From assembly GCF_022045235.1 (NCBI RefSeq), contig NW_027266308.1, positions 53,816,001-53,880,000 of the forward strand: a DNA stretch of 64,000 bases, written 5' to 3'. The translations under genes were made by a program, and so were the position numbers. Source of the DNA: Haliotis cracherodii. Taxonomy: Eukaryota. Shown piece by piece: positions 37,001 through 48,700 of the stretch (the first letter of the stretch is position 1; every line of letters starts with the position of its first letter). Below the pieces are notes generated by a model, which was not told the origin of the DNA, searched no databases, and was given only the letters and a program-made list of their open reading frames with translations.

Positions 37001-37960
37001 GTAACAAGTGTGAAAGAATCAAATGAACATGTTCTGAAAATACAGAGACAGAAATGTTGATCTTAAAAAAGGCAGCTCAAAATTAGCTTGTTAATTCCAT
37101 CCCAAAGCATGGTTCTGTATTGGACTTAAATGTGTGTGTGAGTGAGTAAGTGAGTATGGTTTTACGCCGCTTTTAGCAATATTCCAGCAATATCACGGCG
37201 GGAGACACCAGAAATGGGCTTCACACATAGTACCCATGTCGGGATTCGAACCCGGGTCTTCAGCGTGACGAGCGAACGCTTTAACCGCTAGGATAGCTGA
37301 CCGCACCTGGACTTAAAGGTAAAGTAAGTCAAACAAAGACCAAGTGACACCTGGTTTTCATTAAGCTTTGTACATCTAGAATCATGTCAAGCTTTGTAAT
37401 CATTCAAACTTACAAGTCGGAGGCCGTGCTAGGGCTTTGGCGATCTCCGGCATATTCACAATAACTGTTTTGATTCCATTTCCCTTTCCTTCCACCTGCA
37501 TTGAAAGAAATGTCATTGTTAAGACTTGTACATGTTGTACGCAGAAGAAAAATCACTACAGTATCCAAATATATATACATATCAGTCATGCATTTTTTTA
37601 ATGATTTGATCCAAGGCATTTAATCAGTTATTAACCAACATATTTTGTCACTATATCCTTCCTGAGAAACACTGGTTTGATCGGCATAGTTCAAAACATT
37701 TGAAAGAAACTTAAAATGTGATGTTTCATAGGTGTTTTTTCCTTGATCCTCGTTTCGCCTTAAAACATATTTCCATGAGATCAGCAATATCAATCCTTAA
37801 GGTAGATACATGACTTCCACAATACTTCTTGGCCAACAGTTACCTGGAATGGATGTTATAAGCAATAATACAACAGTAAAATGCTTACCTTGGCTAAGAG
37901 ACGAGGCATCTTGTAACGGTAGAAGGGGTCGGTATTGCTTCTATCAATGTTGAACGACAT
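31032..37960 (-). CDS. EIF5: Eukaryotic translation initiation factor 5, 10 coding exons, 441 aa
   Basis: Exons 37960-37889 ([24 protein letters not shown]), 37495-37414 ([10 protein letters not shown]), 36929-36757 ([14 protein letters not shown]...CPECSNPET), 36240-36124 (CIACG), 35907-35737 (AAG acceptor), 35244-35083 (DDDDW), 33439-33278, 32473-32306 ([16 protein letters not shown]2 AA-box 1), 31826-31701 ([13 protein letters not shown]-box 2), 31124-31032 (...NIDDI*). Total 1326 nt, phases consistent. Confidence 0.98.
33045..33120 (-). ncRNA. Intronic box C/D snoRNA, copy A (eIF5 intron between coding exons 7 and 8)
   Basis: Minus strand: stem atgcag, C box ATGATGA (33112-33106), guide gttggattcccc, C'-like ttgattga, D box CTGA (33054-33051), stem ctgcat. 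Confidence 0.88.
35323..35399 (-). ncRNA. Intronic box C/D snoRNA, copy B (eIF5 intron between coding exons 5 and 6)
   Basis: Stem atggca/tgtcat, C box cTGATGA (35390-35384), identical guide, D box CTGA (35334-35331); ~86 nt upstream of the 3' splice site. Confidence 0.85.
36363..36434 (-). ncRNA. Intronic box C/D snoRNA, copy C (eIF5 intron between coding exons 3 and 4)
   Basis: Stem gcag/ctgc, C box ATGATGA (36428-36422), identical guide, D box CTGA (36370-36367). Confidence 0.88.
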
Positions 37961-40900
37961 CTTGATAGATTTTTCTGATAAGGTTTCCTCTTCCTATGAA
38001 TACTACTATCTGCTTGATTTAAATGAGCAGCTTGCTTGAGGAACTTCATAAACCTTTCTGACGAAACTTTCCCCAAACCACTTAGCTCTGGTTCTATTAT
38101 TCTTGTATGCCACCACAAGGGCCCTGCAACATCAAAATCATTCAATGTTTATTGACTTGTCACCCCAAAAAGTGATAGTCAGAATACTTCATGAGGTTGA
38201 TGTTGTTGGTGTTGATTGTTGTTTAACGCCACACTCTGCAATATTCCAGCTATATGATGGCTGTCTGTAAATGATCAAGTCATAATCCATTGATTGACAT
38301 GAGCATCAATCTACACAATTGGGATACGATGACAGACATCAACCAAGTCAGCAAGTCTGACCACCCGATCCTGTTAGTCGCCTCTTACAACAAGCAGTCA
38401 CATAGGCAAGCATGGGTTGCTGGAGACCTATTCTACCCCTTATTTTCACAGGATACTTCATAAAGAGTATCTTCCATATCACTACAAAACCCAGAATAAC
38501 ACAGACACCTCTATTCAGCGACATAATAATTGAGTGTTGAGGGCATGCAAAACCAACTTAATTTGTCTAAAACATACTGCCAAAACCTTGAACAGGATGC
38601 AATACATTTTCATTGATAGGGCCAACATTTTATAATACCTTTAATATTTTGGATTATTTTAATAAAGAAGCTGATAGATGTGACTAAAAATATTACAAAA
38701 ATATAGTTGTTGATTTCTTATCATTATTGCATGTGTTATGTTCAACTTTCATTTTGTTTTATTTTGCTTCAATACAACACTTCATCATTAATTAGTGAGT
38801 GAGTGAGTGAGTTAAGATTTAACGTCACATCGGCAGTATTTCAGCCATATCGTGACGAGAAGTACATTAATAATACACATAATTATACGAAATCAAAAAC
38901 TGTCGACGAAGGACAGTAAAATAACTAGATTTATCACAGATCATGTCTAAAACTAGTAGTTAGCAATAAAAATATAACAACATACGAAACAATACAAGAT
39001 AAAAATGAGCTATAGATCGCCAGCCACTGAAGAGAGATCACCATGCTAGGGTCCATGGGGACTTACAGTACTTTTGCTACCTGCATGGACCCTAACCGGA
39101 TTTACATCATCCCTTCAGCAGTTGGCGATTATTGACAAATTTAGCAAACATTAAAATAACACATATGCTACGATTAAAACCGTGGTACAAATAAATATAC
39201 TTTGAAAGACGTGGTCTTACATACCCTCTTAGGGGGACAATAATTTTACACTACTTCAACCCCCTTCGAGGATATAGCCACTAACGATCTCAGTTATTAA
39301 TTTTATTCGACCAATTATAAAAAAACTGATTATGTACAGAAAATAACATTCAAAATTTATGCAATAATTCAATTTCCTTTAAAAAAACAATAATTAAATG
39401 AGAACTAATAGTATTTAAAAGATCCTTCATAGATGTAACCTTGAAATAGTTATCCCTTGTGATGGAAAAATCAATGCAGTCAAGCAGGACATGCTTGACC
39501 GTGATTCTTTCATCACAAGGGACACAGAATGGAGGATCCTCACCTTTTAAAATATATTCATGAGTATAACGTGAATGGCCAATACGACATCGTCTTAAAA
39601 TGACCTCTTCAAATCTGGACTGACAACCCAAGTAGGTATAACCGATATTCGCATCAATTAAAACATGTAGAGTTATTCCAAATATAAGCATCAAGAATGC
39701 GTGAAGTGAAATGGGGTTGAACATGTTGAAGATTATGTTGTTCTATAATGTTAGCTACCATGCCACAGTTTTAACATGAATACCACTAGACCAAGGTCCC
39801 ATAACTTGATAAAGATGAAGAAATTGCACTTTAACAAATTATATATCCATACAAGCGAGTTTGATTTGACACCTCTTTTAGCAATTTTCCAACGATATCA
39901 CTGCACCGAACACCAGAAATGGGCTTCCCACATTGAACCCATGTCGGGACTCAAACCCGGGTCTTCGGCTTGATGAGCAATTGCTTTAACCACTAGGCTA
40001 CCCCACCGAACCTATATCCATACAAGGCAGCATTATTATGAACTGCAATTAAAAGACTAAAATACATAACATATGGTCATTTTCACTTTCAAGATACCAC
40101 AGATTTTTCCTGAACAAACTCAAGTGAAATATGTCAACATGGTTATCAGTCTGTGTCAGTTGTAAGGAACTTTCCAGCTGCTTATAATAGGTCTGAAGAA
40201 ACTTAGTGTTCTTGCTTCACTCCACTAGGCAAAAATCCCATATGTATCCAATCAATCCATTTATTGGAAGTCAAACAGCTAAGGAAGTGAATTAGCTCTA
40301 CTTTCATGACCTTGTCCGAGAAAAAAATAAACTAGAGCTTTTTTACAACCTAATGTGACTGTTTGCCTGATGTTTGTTGTTACGCAACAGTCAGCAATAT
40401 TTCAGCAATATCACTACAGCCTGGAAATGATCCAATCAGAACTAGAAACTAGATCCCCACAGGAGTGTCAACCTTTCTATCAACATGACAATCCTTCTTG
40501 ATATGCTACAAATCTAGCCCTTAAACAAATATATCTGAAACAGCCCATGCCATTCTATATATGTTCATTTCAGAGACTAGATGTTAGTCTATCTACTAGT
40601 CCTATGGTTAGCATAATCATTAGTCCTAGTTGGCTATAGGCCTGTAAATGTGTATTTGATTAACACAGCACTTAACAATATTAAAGCTGTATGACAGCAG
40701 ACTAATTAATCTGAACCAGACAATCCAGATATTGAGATTATGAGTAACAAATCACGCCATTGGGGTAAGATGACACACTGTCAACTTACTTGGTGACCGA
40801 AATGATACTATAGTTGGTAATAACTAATTAAATGGGGAACTATGCTCACTGTGCTAGCCATTTCCAGTCTAGGTCCAGACATTTAAATAAGTGCCATGAG

Positions 40901-41532
40901 TGAACCCACACGCACCATTTCAGTGTGCAATTAGTAGATTATCATACGTCTGTATATCCAAACGTAAGGGCTGTCTGAAAGACTTGCTAGGATAGTCAGC
41001 TGGTCCGACCATGGTCCCCCTCATTAATACTTGCACTCAAAGCATGTTGTTACATTTCAATTTACTTTGTAACAGCATGTGAAGGTTAGAATTAGTTAAA
41101 TTGTTTTATACTGACCTTGTTCGAGAGGTGAAATCATTAATAATTCTCATGATAGCTAACTATGCTGCCTTATTAGACAATATATGGTCAATGACGTATC
41201 ACAAAATACCAATCCTTGAAAGGAAGACTTTGGTAGCAATCAAGCGACGGCAAACACCTACGCCACGTGTTGGTGTCGCAGATATAACACAGAGCAATAT
41301 GGCCGACACTTCAACATATTTCATCATAATAGAACATGTCTACGACAATTTAAATCGACAACTGACTTAATTGTAAGTTAAAAACATCAAACTTACCGTC
41401 TGGTCGCACAAACGTCATAAAAACGCTAAAAATGAGCGAAGAAATTTGTAAGCAAACTGTAATTGGCAATCGCCCTGGGGAACTTGGTCCCAATATGTTA
41501 GATGAAATCTTCCTTCTACGAGTATTTCTCAT
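37894..41532 (-). promoter_or_regulatory. Spliced inhibitory uORF in the eIF5 5' leader (three in-frame poor-context AUGs, overlaps the eIF5 start out of frame)
   Basis: Leader exons 41542-41397 and 38123-37889. uAUGs at 41532 (ugu AUG a), 41418 (uuu AUG a) and 38049 (uuu AUG a) share one frame across the splice. Stop at 37896-37894 lies inside the eIF5 CDS. Main AUG context is aag AUG (A at -3). Confidence 0.85.
38795..39652 (-). mobile_element. 5'-truncated non-LTR retrotransposon (I/Nimb-group LINE) 3' end in the eIF5 leader intron
   Basis: ORF2 C-terminus SRFEEVILRRCRIGHSRYTH...PPFCVPCDERITVKHVLLDC (RxRIGH plus CCHC zinc knuckle typical of I-group elements), a 3' UTR and a (tcac)n tail. 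Confidence 0.85.
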
Positions 41533-41660
41533 ACACCAGAATCTGAAAATACAATACAAATAAATAAATAAACCAAGCTGATGAATAGTAAAAACTGATT
41601 ACAAAAGTCAAACAATTAACACGAGACAATGCGAAAGTTCAACTACGTTCGTCCACATAC

Positions 41661-41700
41661 TTCTCCCACTCTGGTAGCGCTATGACAGAATGCCCGGATG
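41661..41700 (-). other. Putative non-coding first exon / TSS region of eIF5
   Basis: Donor gggagaa|gtatgt at 41661/41660; CpG-richer sequence immediately upstream; TSS position not determinable. Confidence 0.5.
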
Positions 41701-42019
41701 AACACGCACCGACGTGCGCGCAAAACTATCTTCCAATGAACTGTTTAGAAGGTCCGTGACATTCAACATAATAGATATATGTTAATCGTTTCCACCTACG
41801 CAACCCTTTCAACGTATTGCAAAATCGAACGTAAACACATACTGTTTTATATACAGTGACACAGCAACATACTACTGTGCTTAACAAACGTTTCTTTGTA
41901 TAATGACGGGTACACATGTACCACTTTCTGTCGCTAATTTCCTCAATTGAAATGGATTAAGCTTGAAAGAAACATTAAAATCAAATAGTTGTCAGATAGT
42001 GCAGTAAAGTGAGAGATTA

Positions 42020-42022
42020 TAT

Positions 42023-42107
<85 letters not shown>
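42020..42107. repeat. Compound (TA)n(GA)n microsatellite
   Basis: Direct sequence. Confidence 0.95.
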
Positions 42108-42109
<2 letters not shown>

Positions 42110-43279
42110 TTTTATATACATATATAATCTCTCTTTTCTTGCCTGATGTGGATGTTCTTTTCGTTGGCATTTTTCGTTGTCTAATGTTGGCATGGGACGC
42201 GCATAAAATATATGATTCGGTGATATTCTTAATGGGAGGACAACCCTTAAGCAGGAATCAGCACACGATTATATTTATACAAATAACACAAGCCGCACGT
42301 GTATATTCAGTATTGTGGGCGTTCTGCATGTAAACACGCCGATCAATACATGTTTCATTTTTAATGACATATTAAACTAGTAGCACCAGATCTTTTGCAG
42401 TCTATTAACACAAAAACCTGTTTGATGACCACCAGTTGCGACATTACACTATTTCGAAATTCTTTTGTGTACACAATGTTTAAGGGCGTGTCGTTTTGCC
42501 ATGATGAAAGTCACGGGGTTTCCAATAAACCGCTTAGATTTACCACATAATATACAATAAAGCTAATATATGCCTGTACTTATGGATGTATACGTAAGTA
42601 ATAATAAAAACAGTCTATGGTACACTAATTGAATTGTGTGAAATGTTGTGCAAGTCTTCTTGCATGCCCCGTTGCTTTAAAACGTATGGGAGCGTCCTAT
42701 CTCATATCTCCCATTCATACTTATACACGGACGAATACAGTGTAGCGTCAATAACACCCCAGTAAGCAAACCTCGATACGCATCGTGGGGAGTAAATGTC
42801 CCTGTGAATAGGAATTGTATATAGTGAGTAAGGACCCGTTTTCACAGAGAACTTTCGTAAGTTATGTATAAAAGTTGAAACGATATTCCCCAAGATGGAC
42901 TCATTTCAAAGTCTGGATAAGCTAGTGGTTGGTGCATGTCTTTTGAACTCTATATTCTGTAGCGCGTTGAGAATGCTTGTATAGGTGTGAAAGCATATCC
43001 TCATGCAAGCTTACACAACAGCACCATATTTCTAAAGGCATGATTGTATATTCGTTGTTAATACTACTTGCAATGCAGATACAGTTAACCGCCTGCGTGC
43101 TCTAAATTATGTGCAACCAGTCGTGTGTGTTTTGGACTCAGCAAATTCGGAGGCCTGTAAATAATCGAGTCTGGACCAGGCAATCAAGTGATTGATATTA
43201 AGTGCAACGATCCAAGTCGTCCATGTAGACGCCCAGCATACGTTGCCGGAGGTCAATTCTAACCTGGAATCCCCCCCAC

Positions 43280-43282
<3 letters not shown>

Positions 43283-43353
<71 letters not shown>
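43283..43353. repeat. (CT)n microsatellite
   Basis: Direct sequence. Confidence 0.95.
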
Positions 43354-44211
43354 ATTATTTAGAGAGGTGGTGTGGGAAAAATGGGGTATTGCTTGAAATA
43401 AACTGTTTTATGTGAATGGATATGTTTGTTTGTTTGTTGTTTAACGCCGCACTCAGCATTATTCCAGCTATGTGACGGCGGTCTGATAATATTCAAGTCT
43501 GGACCAGACAACCCAGTGATTGACATCATGAGCATCGTTCTACGCAATTGGGATACAATGACATGCATCAACCAAGTCAGCGAGCCTGACCACCCGATCC
43601 CGTTTGTCGCCTCTTACGACAAGCCTGGGTTGGAGAACACAAGTAACAGCTGCGTGCTCAACGAACAGTATATTTGTCTGGTAAATCCTTATGGCAAAAT
43701 ATTACTTTCCTGTATCTGGAACAAATACAGTCACAAGAAATCCGCTTTCCGTATTGATTTTGTTGTGTGTCCTGTTGAAAGCCTCAGTTTGATATATGGT
43801 GTAGAACACGTTGTTTTGGACTGGTTGCGTACACTACATTTCCCACATGTAGGGTCGCTATATAAGTGCAATAATCTTGGACGCGACGTTAAACCCCATT
43901 TCACCTCACCACCTCACCCCATATGTAGGATACCAAGGTAAAAATGTTCGACTTTTCGGTATTTTATGTGCGCTTCAAGTATTTCTGTTCCCATACCCAG
44001 ACGTTGAGTAACATGGTATTTATGGGATTTTACTGCGTGGAGACATTGTTTCCCACGGGATTTGACTGACTTGACAGAGATAAAGTACGCGAGGAAAGAC
44101 GGGAATTCTGCGTTTCTGTTACTTGAGTTGATGATAGAGTGATTTCATGAAAAACCTGTGTGTCAAATGAATTCGAACCCGGTAAATGTTTTGTCACGAC
44201 TTCGTAAACAT

Positions 44212-44324
44212 CAGGGTGCCGTTGTACAAAGCGATCTTAGCGATGAGGTTATGGTAGCTTCTATACTTTAACATAGACTTACGACTGTCGTAGCGCTAAG
44301 GTCGTTTTGTACAAGGACACACAG
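44212..44324. mobile_element. Short palindromic MITE-like element
   Basis: gtgccgttgtacaaagcgatcttagcg ... cgctaaggtcgttttgtacaaggacac imperfect inverted repeats. Confidence 0.6.
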
Positions 44325-45267
44325 ATGTGGAATTAACAATTCGATATTTTCTTGCTATAAAACTAAAGAGATAATCCGTTTATGCGCCAGGGATATACTC
44401 GAATGGTTTTATTCGAACAGTGTGCTTCTGTATGCCCCGAACGTGCCTGTAATCTTTTTATACCAATTTTGTATAGCTTATTGGTAGCTGAAACGAACAG
44501 ATAGAACCATGCATGTATTCAACTGTAGATCAGGGCTACGAGTTATATAATACAGGCCCATAACATGGATTTGTAATATCAAGGTGACTTATAAAAATAT
44601 TTAAGTTGGCCCAATATAGAAATTTGCATACTTGCCCTATACTCTGAATAAGATTTAGATTAAAAACCAATATAAGAAAGTGTTGCCATGGGATCCGTCA
44701 ACTTGTGTTCCTAAATTCGTACGGGTTTTGTTTTTGATGTTGAAGTCTTATTCACTATCCTAATATACTGCAGATGACTGTCATTAATAAAATCCCCATG
44801 ACAACGGCTCGACGCCGAAACACCATAAGATGTCTAATTAGGTTTAATAGCTGAGAGAATGAAAGACCATGTATGCAGTATAATATATATTGTCCCACAC
44901 CTTCCTATTAAATGGCATTTTATTAATTGCATAAACTTATTCAAATTGTCAGCGATCAAAAATAATATTTTCGAACCGAAAATATCACAGTTTACGTTTT
45001 AACTCCTTTTTCTTCATTTTAGACGGTTTAATTCCATCACTAACTCACAGGAAGGACTCGATGTGAGAATTTGAAGAATCCCTGTACACTAGTCACTATT
45101 TATTTCACTTGTAAGTAATTATACTAGATTAATACCATCCTAAGTTTCGCGGTGTGTTTACGGTCCACAATGCCATATCGCACCGACACGTGCTAAATGA
45201 CTAGTTTTACACCAACTAGCACGCCTAACTTTCCCTTCGAGATCATGCGAGATTTCCGTAAAACATT

Positions 45268-45277
45268 CCGCCATCTT
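45268..45277 (+). promoter_or_regulatory. YY1-type motif (CCGCCATCTT) in a CpG-enriched putative promoter/TSS region of a plus-strand gene divergent from eIF5
   Basis: Matches the YY1 core CGCCATNTT; local CpG enrichment at 45140-45320. Confidence 0.45.
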
Positions 45278-45797
45278 TGATGATGACTCGATGGGAGGAA
45301 ACCGAAGTTTTCGGCATTCCTTTACAAATCAATCAAAATTTTCGTAAATACTGAGCAATAATTCTATGAAAGGCAAAATTCCAACAGAGCCATTTTGTTG
45401 AATGCAATCTCGACGTTCGAGTGGAAGAGGTTCCCATCCCATTTGAGATCGGAAGCACAGTTGTGTTTTCAGAACATATCGATCCAGTTCGCCTCTGTCT
45501 GGTAAGTTGTTCATGAATATTAAATCTACCATCAACCACTGCCACTTCCTTTTATAAATTATGAAAATTGTCACAGGCGTAGAATATTCTTTGCACGCCA
45601 GTGTCCGATGTGAGGAACAATCGCTTCACTGCACCATCTGACAACTGTCATTTGACATAACGAGCCCAGATGATACAGGGTTAAAAGGACAAGTGGCCAA
45701 ATGTAGACTCATATATCACGTGCAGCGATTTTTAGTTTAATTACTTGTATATTTAATTACGTCAGTGAACCTGAGACATATCGATCCTGACTTAAAA

Positions 45798-48700
45798 ATG
45801 GGTTCAGTCTACAGGTGAGTAGGTGTAAGCAAACAGAAAATGACATCTTCAAAAGTCAAATGTTGTTGGTGTGTATTTACGTGTAGCAATAGAACTAGAC
45901 TTAGACCTAGTAGGTGTTATATGTGTCCTTTTGAACATATTAGGTTCAGTGGTGTATGTGTGAGATTTGACATTTCAGGAAAGACTACACATATGCAGAT
46001 CCATCATATTGTTTATTTGCTAACCATATCCTTGGTACAATAATCAGGAACAATGAAGGAAGTTGTCAACAGTGGGGTATAAGGCCGTTGACACAAAATA
46101 TTTCCTGGGCGCATGAATAATTTCTGTGTGAAATACATTATTATCTTTTGACAAATTATAATTATTAGTTGGTCACCAATTGCCCTAATAGTAATATCTC
46201 TGTTTCTTTGCTGTTTTCAGTTACATGTAGCTGGCATTACATGGTTAACAGCTGTCAGCTTTGACTGCACACCTTATAGTTCAGGTTCACAAAGGAACCA
46301 CAGTTTAGAAGAGACATAAAAGTATCTGCATATTTTATGTACATTTTGATTCATAACCATGATAACTTCAGTTACATGCATTATTTGATAAAAGTCCAGA
46401 CGGTTGACTCCCAGTCCAACGTGAACTTGATTAAGCAAAGATCATTCTTCTTTTGCATGTGAAAACTAATATGACTGGTTCTTTGCACCTGTTTGTCCAT
46501 ATTCTCAGAGTTCACGGTGATGAAACAGAAAGATAGACTGAAATACTGATTATCAGTTGCCATCGTCAGGCACTTTCTATAAATAGATGAGTGAGCATAC
46601 TTTGTAAGTGACTCCTAACACACATTCAAATGTGGTTGTTTGTTTAATATCAAAATAAATAATTAGACATACAGACAGGTGTGTTTATTTTTGTGAGTAC
46701 AGTACTCAGTAAGTGTTGTGTTTGTGATTGACACATCTTGAACTGCAACTTTCATTCATGTATGAACATTTTCAGCTGATATGTTGGTTGTTGCAAAATA
46801 GAAATTTATACAAACTTAATCAATCTTTTTCATCATATTCATTGTTAATCAGAGTTGGTAAGCATTGTTCGAAATTAAACAGGAAAATCAAGGTATCAGT
46901 AAATTCACTGATATGTTTTGGTGTATCTTTGTATTTTACATATGTCCTCAGTGAAAGGGAATTGCTTTATGTTGCCATAAAATCCCATCATGTATTATGT
47001 GTTCTACCAGTGTTCACTGCCAGTCTCAAAAGCTGAAAGGGTTTGAAGGGTTTATGAGAAAAAGTAGATGACCATGTAACATGTAAAACCTTTGACTGAA
47101 CATTGTGATGAAAGTGTTAACTTTATCAGCATCTTTTGCATATTCCAGCCATTCCAAATTGATTAAGTATAGTTATAGTATGGTTTCAACCAATGTCGCA
47201 TACTTCTGGTTGTGTATTACATTATTTTGCTCTCTGTGTCATTTTGGGGTTTGCACTGGTATATTATCTAACAGATTACAAGTATGAAAATAGTTAAATA
47301 TGTCCCAGTCATCAAAATCATCACCATTCACTCCTCATATTTTTTCATTTGAGATTTTAAAATGAATATGAAGACTGTTATTTGGTAGGCTTACAAGTTG
47401 AAATACATGTAAAACAAATCTGACTTTTGACTAGTGGTTTAAGTCACAAACTGTATGGATCTTTACTCCTTACGACTTACAGACTTACAGACCTGCACAG
47501 ACTTAGTGAGAACATGAATTTCAGCCATCTGACATAACTTTGCAGTCATTATTGGAAACTACCAAAACGTTGATGGATGAGTTAAAAATTATTTAGATTC
47601 TTGGATTAAGGTACTGTAGCTGATGATCCCCCAAAAGAAAGTTATTGAGTTAGTGAAATTTTTTTTTGATTCTTAGATTCAAGTACCGCAGCCAAACATA
47701 CCAAAGATTTCTGAATAAATAAGCCTCCTTAGGTTTTTTTTGTCTTAATATCTGCTGTATTTACTGAGTCCTGATAATGCAAATGAGCACTATTTAGTAC
47801 CAGTTACCTCTGCCGACATGGAGTCCGGGTTAGAACAGGACTCCAGTAACCTTTTCTTGTCGTAAGAGGCAACAAGGTGGATTGAGAACTGTAGGCTAGG
47901 CACAGTGGCTTGTTTGAATGCATGTCATTGTACCAGAACAGCATGAGACATTACTGTTATCAATAATTTGTTTGGGTCCAGACTTGATTATTTACAGTCT
48001 GTCATCAAGATATACCTGAAATATTGCTGAGTGCAGTGCTAAGCAACAAACATATCACTACAGAAAAAGTGTATTAGTTTTGGGCATCAGGCTGTGAGAG
48101 AGCATGTTGTGATGTCCCAAGTCTTGAAACAACATGACTGAAAAGAATATTTCACATTCTTTGTATCAAGGAACACTTTTGCCTGCGAGATTTTCAGCAT
48201 GACCATGATTGCATGTAATTTTAAATGATGATTTTTCAAACATTATTGTTGTCATATCACTTTGATGAAACTCTACTTGACAGTAACACCAGAGGGCTTC
48301 AGAAAAAACACACAACATATTACCCTTTATTTCAGGAAATGAACACGAGAATGTACTTCCTGTACAGTGTTGCTCTTAAAATTATCTGAAGATTCAGTAT
48401 GTTCTGAGATTGATCAGAATGAAGAGGAAGGGGCAAACTTTCAGAAGCATTTAGTTTTGTCAGTTGATTTATGAAACTTACCAACAAAACAAAAATGAAA
48501 TAAGAAAAAAAATATTGACTTGCTTTGAAGAGTTGTAGGGGGACACAGTGGAATTAAGGTGAAGCAACAAACTGTAAAAACATACATCCCTTAGCTGTCA
48601 AGATCCTGTTGTTGATTCACTCTCATTATCATCCATGGCAGTATTCAACATGTTCGAAATTACGAGACTTTCAAGATTCCAAACATTTGCACCTACTATT

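Noticed and set aside
43426-43941. 171-aa ORF
   Set aside because: Built from the antisense of SINE family B plus a family C tail; no domain signal.
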